Shown: positions 1 through 9,265, counted from the stretch's first letter. The stretch: 25,537 bases of DNA from Armatimonadota bacterium (GCA_034722055.1 JAYENL010000235.1:1-25537), one strand, 5' to 3'. The notes: generated by a model not told the origin, from the sequence alone. Program-made: numbers and translations.

Positions 1-1239
1 CCGTCTGAGTAGGTATACGCTGAGCGGTACCACAAGCGTGACGGTCAGCAGTCGGCCAAGGGCTGCACCGAGGCCCGCGAGCTGCACCGTCAAGAGGGCG
101 ATGAGACCGAGTGAGAGTGTCGTGTGGGTCGCATCCAAGAGAACCATGTGCCACCGGTTTCCGATGACGAGAACATGACGGCGGTACAGCGAGTACAACC
201 CGTCCACAAGCAGGTAGACGCACAGCACCGAGAAGATGATACCTGCTTCTGCATACTCGTCACCGGCGTAGAGTCGGATAAGCGGGGAGCCAAGGGCGGC
301 CAGCGTGAGATGCAATGGGACCATCGTGAGGAAGAAGTACCGGGTGCACCGTGTAAACGTCCGCTCCGATGCTCTCGTGCCTTCAGTGGCTTTCTCCGCC
401 AGCTTGGGCGTCAGAGTCTCCATGATGTATGTGTCGAATTCCTTCAGGTATTCAATGACGCGGTAGGCGACGTAGTAGAGAGCCAGGTCCCCGGCACCGC
501 CAAGTGCGCCGACCAGGATATAGTCAACACGCGACAGCGCTCCTTTGTAGAGACTTGAGAGGTAGAATGCTCCAGACTTCTTCAGTAGCTCCAAGGGATG
601 CATAAGGCCAACTCCGTGCCGCATATGCGGCACCAGCCCGTATCCGCTGATGATGCAGCCGACTGCTGAGCCCAGCGTCAGTCCCCATATGCTGGCCTGG
701 ATCCCGCCAATCACGTAGAGCGTGAGCGCGCCAACGGCCCGCAATACCTGGGCCACCATCCGCGCCGCAGCCATGATCTTGTACTCTTGACAGGCATTCA
801 GAAACCAGTTCAGATGACTCTCGAGAACCCTCACGAACACCGCGACTACTAGGAGGCCCATTAGGCCTTCAGGCAGTTCGCCTTTCAGCAGTATTCGGTT
901 CGCCTGCTCTGAGAACACGAAGAGCACCACGGAGATGGCCGCCGTACAAAGCAGCATCCCCAGCAGACCCGTCCTCATCATCCGGCCAGCTCGTGCCCGT
1001 TCTCCCCGCATGAAGAGCTTAGGGATCGAGCGCACCAGTGCGTTAGGCATTCCCAGATTGCTGCCCGGTGCTACCACCGCGACTAAGGCGACGCACACAG
1101 GCCACATGGACAGCTCCTGGGAGGGCAGGTTGCGGGCGAACCACGCGGCAGCGGCTAGCCCTACAACGCCGCCAACCACCTGGCCCAGGACCAGGTAGCC
1201 TGTGTCCCGGATTACTCGGTGTCCCCGGCTCAGTGACAT
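1..1239 (-). CDS. wzx: Polysaccharide/O-unit flippase (Wzx/MATE-like), 3' end runs off the window
   Basis: Not in the ORF track because it has no stop in the window. My translation from ATG 1239 is open to base 1: MSLSRGHRVIRDTGYLVLGQVVGGVVGLAAAAWFARNLPSQEL...RVDYILVGALGGAGDLALYYVAY...LIRLYAGDEYAEAG...LAGLGAALG. It has many hydrophobic helices and the usual Wzx pattern. An alternative in-frame GTG start lies at 1278. Confidence 0.85.
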   Translation of the reverse strand, partial: MSLSRGHRVIRDTGYLVLGQVVGGVVGLAAAAWFARNLPSQELSMWPVCVALVAVVAPGSNLGMPNALVRSIPKLFMRGERARAGRMMRTGLLGMLLCTAAISVVLFVFSEQANRILLKGELPEGLMGLLVVAVFVRVLESHLNWFLNACQEYKIMAAARMVAQVLRAVGALTLYVIGGIQASIWGLTLGSAVGCIISGYGLVPHMRHGVGLMHPLELLKKSGAFYLSSLYKGALSRVDYILVGALGGAGDLALYYVAYRVIEYLKEFDTYIMETLTPKLAEKATEGTRASERTFTRCTRYFFLTMVPLHLTLAALGSPLIRLYAGDEYAEAGIIFSVLCVYLLVDGLYSLYRRHVLVIGNRWHMVLLDATHTTLSLGLIALLTVQLAGLGAALGRLLTVTLVVPLSVYLLRR

Positions 1240-1290
1240 AGCGGTTGTCCGATCCCATGGCCCTGCAGTGCCGTGCACGCACGTCCCGTA

Positions 1291-2295
1291 TCAGAACCTG
1301 ATCCGCAGGAGCTCCCAGGCAAACTGAGCCAAGGGACCGTGCCCCAGCGGGAACCGTCCGAGTCTCAGTCTGTCCCTCTCGGGCGTGTTGACACGCTTCT
1401 GCGTCGTGAATGCAGCGCGAATCCCCGCCTCCTCCAAGACTACGGGGATCCGCTTGGCTGAGGTGTCGGTCTCACCGTTTGGGTATGCGAACACGGTGGG
1501 CCGCTTGCCGACCAGACGCTCCAGAGCGCCCATGTTCGCCTCCAACTCCTCTGCCATCTCGGGCTCTGCGCAGCTCGGTAGGATGGTATGAGTGTGTGTA
1601 TGTGCTCCAATGGTCACCAGGGGCTCCTCGCCCAGCAGGGACAGATCCTCAGGGGTCAGCATCAGGTCAGGCGAGATGTCCAACTGCCCGTCCGTGCCTG
1701 CCGCCGCGTAGAGCTCCTGCATCCTGGCAGTGCGCGAGTCCGGGCCATCTCTCCTCAGCACCTGCGCCATCTCGCCGGTCACCTGATCAACCTGACCGGG
1801 CGTGCGAATGTCAATCGGCCCATCCATCCAACTGACCTCGAAGCGCTTTCCGACGCTCGCCTGGACGACGGCGCGGAGCTCTGCAAACCACACTGTCCGA
1901 CCGCTGAGGACAGGATGCGTGCAGACGAAGACTGTCGCCGGCGCACCAGTGGACCGGAGGACAGGCAGGCCGTTAACAAGGTTGTTCCGATACCCATCAT
2001 CAAACGTGATGACAGCCAGCCGGGCTCCCGGCGTAGGCCTATCCAGCCACTCCAGCGCGGTTTCCACCGTGACTATGTCGAAGTGCCGATGCAGGTACGT
2101 CAGGCGGTCGAAGAGGTCCTGTGCTGTCAGGCCCGCATAGATGCCCTTGCCCCTAAGGCTTGGGTCGCGACCTCTATCATCGAAGACATGGTGGCCGGAG
2201 AAGACGTAGACGCCACTGCGGGCTCTGCGCCACAGCGCGTTGAGCGCCCGCGTGCACGCGTCCACCAAGCCGGCGGCGAAGGCCGCATCCCGCAT
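1291..2295 (-). CDS. Polysaccharide deacetylase (CE4/NodB homology)
   Basis: ITFDDGY, IGAHTHTH and FAYPNG motifs. Start uncertain: ATG 2295 chosen, ORF open to 2502. Confidence 0.9.
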   Translation of the reverse strand: MRDAAFAAGLVDACTRALNALWRRARSGVYVFSGHHVFDDRGRDPSLRGKGIYAGLTAQDLFDRLTYLHRHFDIVTVETALEWLDRPTPGARLAVITFDDGYRNNLVNGLPVLRSTGAPATVFVCTHPVLSGRTVWFAELRAVVQASVGKRFEVSWMDGPIDIRTPGQVDQVTGEMAQVLRRDGPDSRTARMQELYAAAGTDGQLDISPDLMLTPEDLSLLGEEPLVTIGAHTHTHTILPSCAEPEMAEELEANMGALERLVGKRPTVFAYPNGETDTSAKRIPVVLEEAGIRAAFTTQKRVNTPERDRLRLGRFPLGHGPLAQFAWELLRIRF

Positions 2296-2669
2296 CAGGT
2301 GCCTTGCGTGAGGCGTGAGACCAGAGCTGCGATGCCCGGAAGAGGTGCATGTCGAACCACGCTGCGTCTGCACTGCTGCGTGATCCCGCAATTGCAGCAC
2401 ACCTCCCGTCGGGAATCCGACACCGACATACCAGGTGACCTGGGGCCCAACTTCACGAGCGCGGGGAACGCGAGCATCCCGCTTCAGATCCGAGGATGCC
2501 ATCGTGCCCCTGTGGCCGCCTCACGCCGAGGCCGATCCGGTGCGTCCTGCAGCAGCACCAGTCACGGGCGCGCACCCCGCAATGCCTGTCGGGATATCCG
2601 AAGCGCCCGTGCGCGCACCGCGTATCTGGGCGTCAATAGGACGCGCCCACCAGCCGTCTTCGCACGGCT

Positions 2670-2715
2670 ATCATAGCACGCGCAGACGGCCCGCGTGGCT
2701 CACAATACCTTCACA
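2670..2715 (-). promoter_or_regulatory. Putative leftward promoter: TGTGA-N6-TGTGA box plus extended -10 (TGcTATGAT)
   Basis: Minus strand reads TGTGAAGGTATTGTGAG (2715-2699), then 23 nt, then TATGAT (2675-2670) preceded by TGn. Confidence 0.55.
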
Positions 2716-2826
2716 GTGCTGCGCTGGACTCGATACGCGCGCGTTCACGCTGCCTCTGTTGTCCATCGATGAGGGATGTGCAGCTCTGCAGACCGGCTCT
2801 CTGCCGTGGCGACGTGCTTGCTACCT

Positions 2827-2871
2827 TGTGAAGTGATTGTGAGGGCGGCGGCGGCCTCGGCGTGATAGGCT
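2827..2871 (+). promoter_or_regulatory. Putative rightward promoter: TGTGA-N6-TGTGA box plus extended -10 (TGaTAGGCT)
   Basis: TGTGAAGTGATTGTGAG (2827-2843), then 22 nt, then TAGGCT (2866-2871) preceded by TGn. Mirrors the leftward element. Confidence 0.55.
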
Positions 2872-3050
2872 ATCTGGTGCATGAGCGGCCTCCAGGCTCC
2901 AGCATATGTCCGAAGCCCACCGCCCCATCAGGGGCGGAGCACGCTTGTGGCCTCAAGCGTCAGGGGCTCGACGCCTGCGTGGCGTCTAAGTCGCAGGGCG
3001 GGTCGCGACTCACTCTGTAGCTGGCAACTGTTTTGGGGTAGCCCACATCT

Positions 3051-4313
3051 ATGAGGATTCTGCTGGCCCACAAGTACATGTTCCGCGGGGGCGGGACCTC
3101 CACGTACGTCTTCGGGCTCGCCGACGAGCTCGAGCGGCGCGGGCATGAGTGGGTGCCGTTCACGGTTGCCTATGATCAGACAGCAGTTGACACCTACACC
3201 GAGTACTTCGTGTCGCCGCCGCTGGGCCCCGACCAGAGTCACTACAAGGACATGGAGCTTTCGCCGCTGGCCATGATCAAGCTCCTGGCACGGGCCGCCT
3301 ACTCCTTTGAGACGCGGAGAAAGGCCGGTGCGCTGATCGACGCGGCGCACCCAGATATCGCCTACATACAGAACATCTACAACTACATGTCGCCTAGCGT
3401 CCTCGACGCCTGCGCCAGCCGCGATCTGCCCATCGTCATGCGCGTCCCGGACTACAACATGATGTGTGCGGAGCTGCATTTCCTGCGCCATGGCGAGGTG
3501 TGCACGGAGTGCCTGCGGGGCGGCTACTGGCGGGCGCTGCAGCACCGCTGCCTGAAGGGATCCCTGGCGGCGACCGCCGCTCGGGTGGCCTCCATGTACG
3601 TGCATCGCTGGCTTGGGGTCTATGACACGGTGGACCTGTTCATCACGCCCTCCAGCTTCATGCGCGAGAAGCTCATCGCGGCAGGCTACGATGCGGAGCG
3701 CATCGTGCATCTGCGCAGCTTCTATCCCCGCCAGGTCGAACAGGACGCGACCCGCGTGGAGGACGACTACATACTCTACTTCGGCCGGGTCGCGCCAGAG
3801 AAGGCCGTGGACACTCTGATCAGGGCGCTGGCAAGGCTCGAGGACCCGCCGAGGCTGGTCATCGCCGGCAGCGATGTCGATGGAACACGGAGTGAGCTCG
3901 AGGACCTGTGCGCCGAACTGGGCCTCCGCAGCGTGGAGTTCGTGGGCTTCCAGGACCGCGAGGCGCTCGATGACCTGATCCGGCGCTGCCTGTTCACGGT
4001 CGTGCCGTCGCGCTGGTACGACAACTGCCCGATGGCGGTGCTGGAGAGCTTCGCGCACGCGAAGCCGGTAGTGGCCAGCGACATCGGCGGCATCCCGGAG
4101 CAGGTGGCCGGCGACTGCGGCATCCTCTTCGAGCCTGACAACGTGGAGGAGCTTGCGGCGAGCATCACGCGGCTGTTGGAGGACGCCGAGCTGCGTCACA
4201 AGATGGGCGCTGCGGCTCTCCACCGGCTCCGAGAGCAGTACTCAGCCGGCGCGCACTGCGACCGGCTGCTGGAGCTGTTCGAGAGACTCGTCACGGAAAG
4301 ATGCGTGGCATGA
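3051..4313 (+). CDS. Glycosyltransferase family 4 (GT-B) with Cys-rich insert
   Basis: MRILLAHKY..GG N-terminus, YFGRVAPEK, PSRWYDNCPMAVLESFAHAKPVVASDIGGIPE. Confidence 0.9.
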   Translation: MRILLAHKYMFRGGGTSTYVFGLADELERRGHEWVPFTVAYDQTAVDTYTEYFVSPPLGPDQSHYKDMELSPLAMIKLLARAAYSFETRRKAGALIDAAHPDIAYIQNIYNYMSPSVLDACASRDLPIVMRVPDYNMMCAELHFLRHGEVCTECLRGGYWRALQHRCLKGSLAATAARVASMYVHRWLGVYDTVDLFITPSSFMREKLIAAGYDAERIVHLRSFYPRQVEQDATRVEDDYILYFGRVAPEKAVDTLIRALARLEDPPRLVIAGSDVDGTRSELEDLCAELGLRSVEFVGFQDREALDDLIRRCLFTVVPSRWYDNCPMAVLESFAHAKPVVASDIGGIPEQVAGDCGILFEPDNVEELAASITRLLEDAELRHKMGAAALHRLREQYSAGAHCDRLLELFERLVTERCVA

Positions 4314-5443
4314 CAGAGAGCATCCTGGATGTCGTCATCGGCTGTGACTGCGACCCGGATCGTCCGGGATACGACGGCACACGCTATGACAGCAGGGCGC
4401 CGCTGAGGTGGCACGGCGTCCGCAACGGCATTCCGCGGGCGCGCGAGATTGCTGATGAGTTTGTAGATGACTTCGGAAGCCCGGTGCGCATCACGTGGTG
4501 TGTACGATCGGATGCGCAGATGGCAGACATCTACGGGGATTTCGCCTGGCCCTACGCCGAGTTCGCGGACCTCTGGCAGGAGTTGGAGGCGGAGGGCGAC
4601 GAGATCGCCTGGCACCCGCACCTGTGGAGGTGGGACGAAGAGGACGGATGCTGGTACCAGGAGATCGAGGACGAGGAGTGGATCCGAGACTGCCTGCGTG
4701 GTGGATATGAGGCGCTGTGCGAGAGGATGGGACGGGTGCCGACGACCAGCCGGATGGGCTGGGAGTTCCATAACAACGTGACCATGGACGAGATCAGGAG
4801 GCTGGGGATTACGCTGGACTTCTCGGCAATACCGGGCCGCTTTACGCCCGGGGCCGCGGATCGGTGGGGAAGCAGCTTCAACGGCCACGTGGACTGGCAC
4901 GGCACGCCCCAGGAGCCGTACGTCCCCTCCGCATTGGACTACAGGCGGCCTGCCGACGGTGAGACAGGCTCGGATCTGGTCGAGCTGCCGATGTCCGTCT
5001 TCCGGTCGCGGGCCCTGGCCCTGGCCGCATTCACGCGCGGACTGGTCAAGGCTCGCGGCCACGGCAGAATCAGTCGACTTCAGAGCTGGCGGACAGCACT
5101 TGCGGCGCCACTCAAGGCCTACATCAGCGCCCACCCCCAGCTTTTCAGGCGCCTGGTTCGGGCGAAGCTCCGGTACGTACGGGCGGGCAGGTGGGCCGTC
5201 CTCGTGACTGCATTTCATCCCGATGAGGTACTGGGGGATAGCACACTTGGGCATTCGAGCGGAGCCAACCGACACTTCACGCGGAACATCGAGCAGCTTC
5301 AATCGCTCGCCGCCGAGGCAGGCGTAGCCCTGCGCTTCGCCAGTGCGAGCGGATTCGCCCGTGACAGGCACAGCGTCTGCGACCACCTTGCTGACGGTGG
5401 ACCGCAGAACCGCAGCACGGAGTCAGCCGTCACCGCCGGCTAG
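4310..5443 (+). CDS. Divergent polysaccharide deacetylase-like protein (WalW-like)
   Basis: ATGA overlap with the upstream stop. DCDPD, EIAWHPHLW, SRMGW, ELPMS and AFHPDE align by eye with CE4/WalW-type motifs. Confidence 0.6.
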   Translation: MTESILDVVIGCDCDPDRPGYDGTRYDSRAPLRWHGVRNGIPRAREIADEFVDDFGSPVRITWCVRSDAQMADIYGDFAWPYAEFADLWQELEAEGDEIAWHPHLWRWDEEDGCWYQEIEDEEWIRDCLRGGYEALCERMGRVPTTSRMGWEFHNNVTMDEIRRLGITLDFSAIPGRFTPGAADRWGSSFNGHVDWHGTPQEPYVPSALDYRRPADGETGSDLVELPMSVFRSRALALAAFTRGLVKARGHGRISRLQSWRTALAAPLKAYISAHPQLFRRLVRAKLRYVRAGRWAVLVTAFHPDEVLGDSTLGHSSGANRHFTRNIEQLQSLAAEAGVALRFASASGFARDRHSVCDHLADGGPQNRSTESAVTAG

Positions 5444-5491
5444 CGACATCCGAGCTAGCGCACAAGCCCAACCCCGAAAGGGGGCACGGCA

Positions 5492-6568
5492 ATGATGAAG
5501 GCGACTCCGGAGACGATGGCAGTCGCCGTTGAGTCTCGACTACACCGGGAGGAGGTGGAACTCCCCTCAGGCCAGACGATGTCGTACCCTCCGCGCATTC
5601 CGCTGGGTCTGCTTCCGACGCGCATAGCCGAATGTCCCAGTCTGTCGGCCCGGCTCGGCGGCAGGCGCCTCGCGATCAAGCACGATGACGAAACGGGGTG
5701 TGTGACGACCGGCAACAAGGTCCGGAAGCTGGAGTTCTACATCGCTGAGGCGATGCAGAGCGGCGCAGACACACTGGTGACGGCTGGCAGCACGCTCTCG
5801 AACCACTGCCGCACGACGGCATTCGTCGCACGGGAACTGGGGTACGACGTTCACCTGGTGCTCTCGGGACCGGAGAGCCCGCTGGTCAACGGCAACTACC
5901 TGTTGATGCTCCTGGCGGGGGCAGAGATCCGGCTGATCCCGATCGAGCGCCACGACGACAAGGATGATTTCGTCAGGGAGGCAGCGTCCGAGCTGGAGGC
6001 AGCGGGCGCAATCCCCTACGTCATCCCTCCAGGCGGCACCGGAGCTCTGGGAGTGATCGCCTACGTACGCGCTGTCCAGGAGCTGCGGGACCAGCTCGCC
6101 GAGACCGGCACGACAGTGGACGCCATCACGGTCACATTCGGGAGCGGCAGCACCTACTCCGGTCTACTGTTGGGCACGCGTCTTCTGGGATTGGACCTTC
6201 GGGTCCTGGGGATGAGCATCGGCACCGAGGCCGGGCAGTGCAGGGAGATCGTTCGTGACCTGATAGCTCAGGCCTGTAGCGTCTTGGGCGTGGATGTACC
6301 CGTCTCGGTTGATGACATCCTGATTACTGACGCCTACTGTGGCCCGGGATACGGTCAGAACACCGAGAGCGACTTCGAGTTCATAAAGGAGATGGCTCGA
6401 GAGACGGGGCTTGTTCTCGATCCCACCTACACAGGCAAGGCCTTCAGAGGCACACTCGAGGAGATGCAGACCGGACAACTCGCAGACTGCCAGGACGTGC
6501 TCTTCCTGCATACCGGCGGCATCTTCGGGCTTTTCCCGAAGCGGAAGCGGTTCGGTCCCAGTGCGTGA
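5492..6568 (+). CDS. dcyD: PLP-dependent D-cysteine desulfhydrase / ACC deaminase-family enzyme
   Basis: GNKVRKLEF (PLP lysine), SNHCR, GSGST, LDPTYTGKA and FLHTGG. YTGK/HTGG is the desulfhydrase or cysteate-lyase type, not the YEGK/HLGG of ACC deaminase. Confidence 0.85.
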   Translation: MMKATPETMAVAVESRLHREEVELPSGQTMSYPPRIPLGLLPTRIAECPSLSARLGGRRLAIKHDDETGCVTTGNKVRKLEFYIAEAMQSGADTLVTAGSTLSNHCRTTAFVARELGYDVHLVLSGPESPLVNGNYLLMLLAGAEIRLIPIERHDDKDDFVREAASELEAAGAIPYVIPPGGTGALGVIAYVRAVQELRDQLAETGTTVDAITVTFGSGSTYSGLLLGTRLLGLDLRVLGMSIGTEAGQCREIVRDLIAQACSVLGVDVPVSVDDILITDAYCGPGYGQNTESDFEFIKEMARETGLVLDPTYTGKAFRGTLEEMQTGQLADCQDVLFLHTGGIFGLFPKRKRFGPSA

Positions 6569-6587
6569 GATACCGAGGGTGAGAGCC

Positions 6588-7958
6588 ATGGGACACGAAC
6601 GCACGCGCGAACTGACCTACCGCCAGACCCTGGTGGTGGTCACACTGCCCTTCCCGGAGAACGTGCCGACTGGGCTGGGCGTCATCCGGGCGCTTGGGCA
6701 GCAGGGCGTCCCGGTCATAGCCGCAGGGGCACGGGCCAACTGCCTGTCAATGCGCTCGCGCTACGTTTCGGACGTATTCGTGGATGATCGGCTGGCTTAC
6801 GATGGGGAGGCCTTTGCTGCAGCACTTCGGTCGCTGGGGGCTCGTGTGAGCCCGAAGCCGGTGCTCTTCGTCAGCACGGACTTCCAGGCGGCGGCCGTGA
6901 GTAACGCCGCAGATGCCCTGCGCGAGCTCTACATCTATCCTTATGTCGAGCCCGAGCGGCTGACTGTGGCGCTGGACAAGCGTCGAACGTGCGAGGTGGC
7001 GAAGAAGGCGGGCATCAGCGCGCCGGCGACGGTAGTAGCAGGACCTGATAGCGATGTTACGGCCATCATTGAGGAGATCCGGTTCTCGGCCGTGGTCCGG
7101 CCAGCGGCGTGGGTCGAGTTCGAGGGCGGCTCAGTCGCGTTGCACAAGGTGTTCCGGGAGGTCTTCAGCGGAAAGGCGGTTCGGGCCACAGACCATCGCG
7201 AACTGGAGCGGCATCTGCAGACTGCGGCGGACCTGGCTACGCCCATCATCGTCCAGGAAGAGATAGTCGGGCCGTCCTCCCGTATCTTCGGGGCGTCAAG
7301 CTACTCCGACGAGGACTGCGATGTTCGGGCCCTGTTTGTGGGTCGAAAGACGCGGCAGCTCCCGTCGGACTTCGGCAGCGGCACGATGGTTGAGAGCATG
7401 GCCTGTGAAGCGGTCGCCGATCACACGAAGCGGCTGGTGGAGGCGGCAGGATACCACGGTGTCGCCGAGCTTGAGTTCAAGTTCGACGAGCGAGATCAGG
7501 AGTTCAAGATCATCGAAATCAACCCGCGGCCCGGAACATGGATCAGCGTAGCGCCGGCCAGTGGGGTAAATACGCCATACGTCGCGTACGCAGACCTGCA
7601 GGGGCACTCCATACCTCCCGTGGACCAGACCGGCGATGGGATGAAGTGGATCGACGCGTGGCCCGACCTGGAGTACCTCTACAAGTACCGAAGCGGCGAC
7701 CACGCCGGTGAGCGGCTGTCAGTGGGCGAGTATCTCAGGTCAGTTCGCGGCCGGAGGGTATGGGCCTACTGGGATGTCAGGGACCCGGTCCCAAGCCTTG
7801 TGCGGCTTGGAGTGGTGTTCCGCGAGCTTTCTGGCAGGGCGATAAGGAAGCTGGTGCAGCCGACCTCTCGGAAGGGAGCTGGCGGCACGTTCGCCGGGAC
7901 TCGGGCAGGGCGATTGCCTGCTCTGCACAGTGGGGTCGGGGACACTGAGCGGCGATAG
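6588..7958 (+). CDS. ATP-grasp carboxylate-amine ligase (D-aspartate ligase-like)
   Basis: GLGVIRALG, SRY, DK, IVQEEIVG, ELEFKFDERD, IEINPR. Start moved to ATG 6588, just after the upstream stop. Confidence 0.8.
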   Translation: MGHERTRELTYRQTLVVVTLPFPENVPTGLGVIRALGQQGVPVIAAGARANCLSMRSRYVSDVFVDDRLAYDGEAFAAALRSLGARVSPKPVLFVSTDFQAAAVSNAADALRELYIYPYVEPERLTVALDKRRTCEVAKKAGISAPATVVAGPDSDVTAIIEEIRFSAVVRPAAWVEFEGGSVALHKVFREVFSGKAVRATDHRELERHLQTAADLATPIIVQEEIVGPSSRIFGASSYSDEDCDVRALFVGRKTRQLPSDFGSGTMVESMACEAVADHTKRLVEAAGYHGVAELEFKFDERDQEFKIIEINPRPGTWISVAPASGVNTPYVAYADLQGHSIPPVDQTGDGMKWIDAWPDLEYLYKYRSGDHAGERLSVGEYLRSVRGRRVWAYWDVRDPVPSLVRLGVVFRELSGRAIRKLVQPTSRKGAGGTFAGTRAGRLPALHSGVGDTERR

Positions 7959-8023
7959 GTCTGTCAGCGGCTTCCAGCGAGGGATCCGGGAGACGGCGCC
8001 GCCTATACCTGCTCCTAATCAGA

Positions 8024-9241
8024 TTGGAGGAGCGCGAGCTGTCAACGAGGCGCAGTGGGGACGAGCGATCAGTCTGCTTCATCCACACAGGCCCGGCCAT
8101 GGTGGCGCTCCTTACCGGGAACGGACCAAAGGCGATGGGTGGCGCCGAGCTACAGCTCGACCTGCTGGGCCGCGAGCTGAGGAGGAGAGGCTGGCAGGTC
8201 TCCTTCCTGGTCGGCGACTACGGACAGGAACGCGTTCAAGAGACGCCAGACGGGATTCGCCTGCTCCGAGCATATGCTAACAGCGCGGGGGGACGCTCCA
8301 TGGCATCGACGGTAGGGGCAATGAGGGAGTTCTGGAAGGCGCTCAAGGACGTCGACGCCAGCATCTACGTGACGCGCGGATTGACGGGACAGGCGGGTAT
8401 CGTGGCGGCGTACAGCCGAGTGCGCCGAAAGAAGTACGTCTTTTGGTTCGGCAAGAACTCGGACGCTCGCTACGGAGTGCCCTGGCTGTCCGGATTGCCG
8501 CTCACCGAGCGGCTGCCGGCGTCCTACGGCATTCGAGCCGCAAGCGCGGTCGTCTGCCAGACCGAGCAGCAACGCGAACTGCTCCGCAAGCATATCGGCC
8601 GGGATGGCGTGCTAATCCGCAATGCGACACCATGGTGTGAGGGGACTTCCATAAGGGAGTCCGGTGGCTACGCCCTATGGGTTGGCTCCGTGCAGCCGAA
8701 GAAGAGGCCTGACATGATGCTGGACCTCGCGGCGGAGATGCCTGACGTGCGGTTCGTGATGGCGGGAGGCAGCATCAAAGGGCACACCGAGCTCTACCAT
8801 ACGACGGAGCAGCGCGCAGCCGAGTTGCCCAATGTGGACTTCCTCGGCTTCGTGCCCTTCGCCGAGATACAGAAGCACTTCCGGTCCGCCGACCTGCTGA
8901 TCAGCACGTCGGATGGGCGAGACGAGGGCTTCCCGAACGTGTTCTTGCAGGCCTGGAGTATTGGAGTGCCGGTCGTCGCAACATGTGATCCCGATGGCGT
9001 TATCTCCAGGCACAACCTGGGCTTCCACTGTAAGTCGATTGCAGAGATGCGTGGCGCTATCGGCCGGCTAAGGGAAGACCGCCTGCTTCGGCACGAGATC
9101 GGGAAGCGGGCTCGCGAGTACGTGAGGGAGAACCACTCTCTCGAGCGGGTTGGCAACCGGCTCGAGACGCTGCTCAAGGGGCTGCTGGGCGATGGTTCAC
9201 CACACAGAGACGACGAGCAAGACAGAAGAGCTCATGCCTGA
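8024..9241 (+). CDS. Glycosyltransferase family 4
   Basis: GGAELQL, WVGSVQPKKRP, EGFPNVFLQAWSIGVPVV. Start codon uncertain. Confidence 0.9.
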   Translation: MEERELSTRRSGDERSVCFIHTGPAMVALLTGNGPKAMGGAELQLDLLGRELRRRGWQVSFLVGDYGQERVQETPDGIRLLRAYANSAGGRSMASTVGAMREFWKALKDVDASIYVTRGLTGQAGIVAAYSRVRRKKYVFWFGKNSDARYGVPWLSGLPLTERLPASYGIRAASAVVCQTEQQRELLRKHIGRDGVLIRNATPWCEGTSIRESGGYALWVGSVQPKKRPDMMLDLAAEMPDVRFVMAGGSIKGHTELYHTTEQRAAELPNVDFLGFVPFAEIQKHFRSADLLISTSDGRDEGFPNVFLQAWSIGVPVVATCDPDGVISRHNLGFHCKSIAEMRGAIGRLREDRLLRHEIGKRAREYVRENHSLERVGNRLETLLKGLLGDGSPHRDDEQDRRAHA

Positions 9242-9265
9242 TCCAGAAGTTCGAGGTCTGGGGCA

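Noticed and set aside
1588..2676. 362-aa plus-strand ORF, and similar long antisense ORFs (2928-4223, 4196-5386, 13995-15239, 18889-19932, 21767-23374)
   Set aside because: Shadow frames opposite motif-bearing genes, typical of high-GC DNA, with no recognisable motifs.
2699..2843. The 17-bp inverted repeat as MITE/IS ends or CRP sites
   Set aside because: No transposase or target duplication is evident. The half-sites within each box are direct repeats, not the TGTGA-N6-TCACA palindrome of CRP.
5472..5483. CCCC-GAAA-GGGG hairpin over the SD of the desulfhydrase gene
   Set aside because: Only a 4-bp stem, too weak to claim a regulatory element.
5492..6568. Calling the PLP enzyme ACC deaminase
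   Set aside because: It has YTGK/HTGG rather than the YEGK/HLGG diagnostic of true ACC deaminases.
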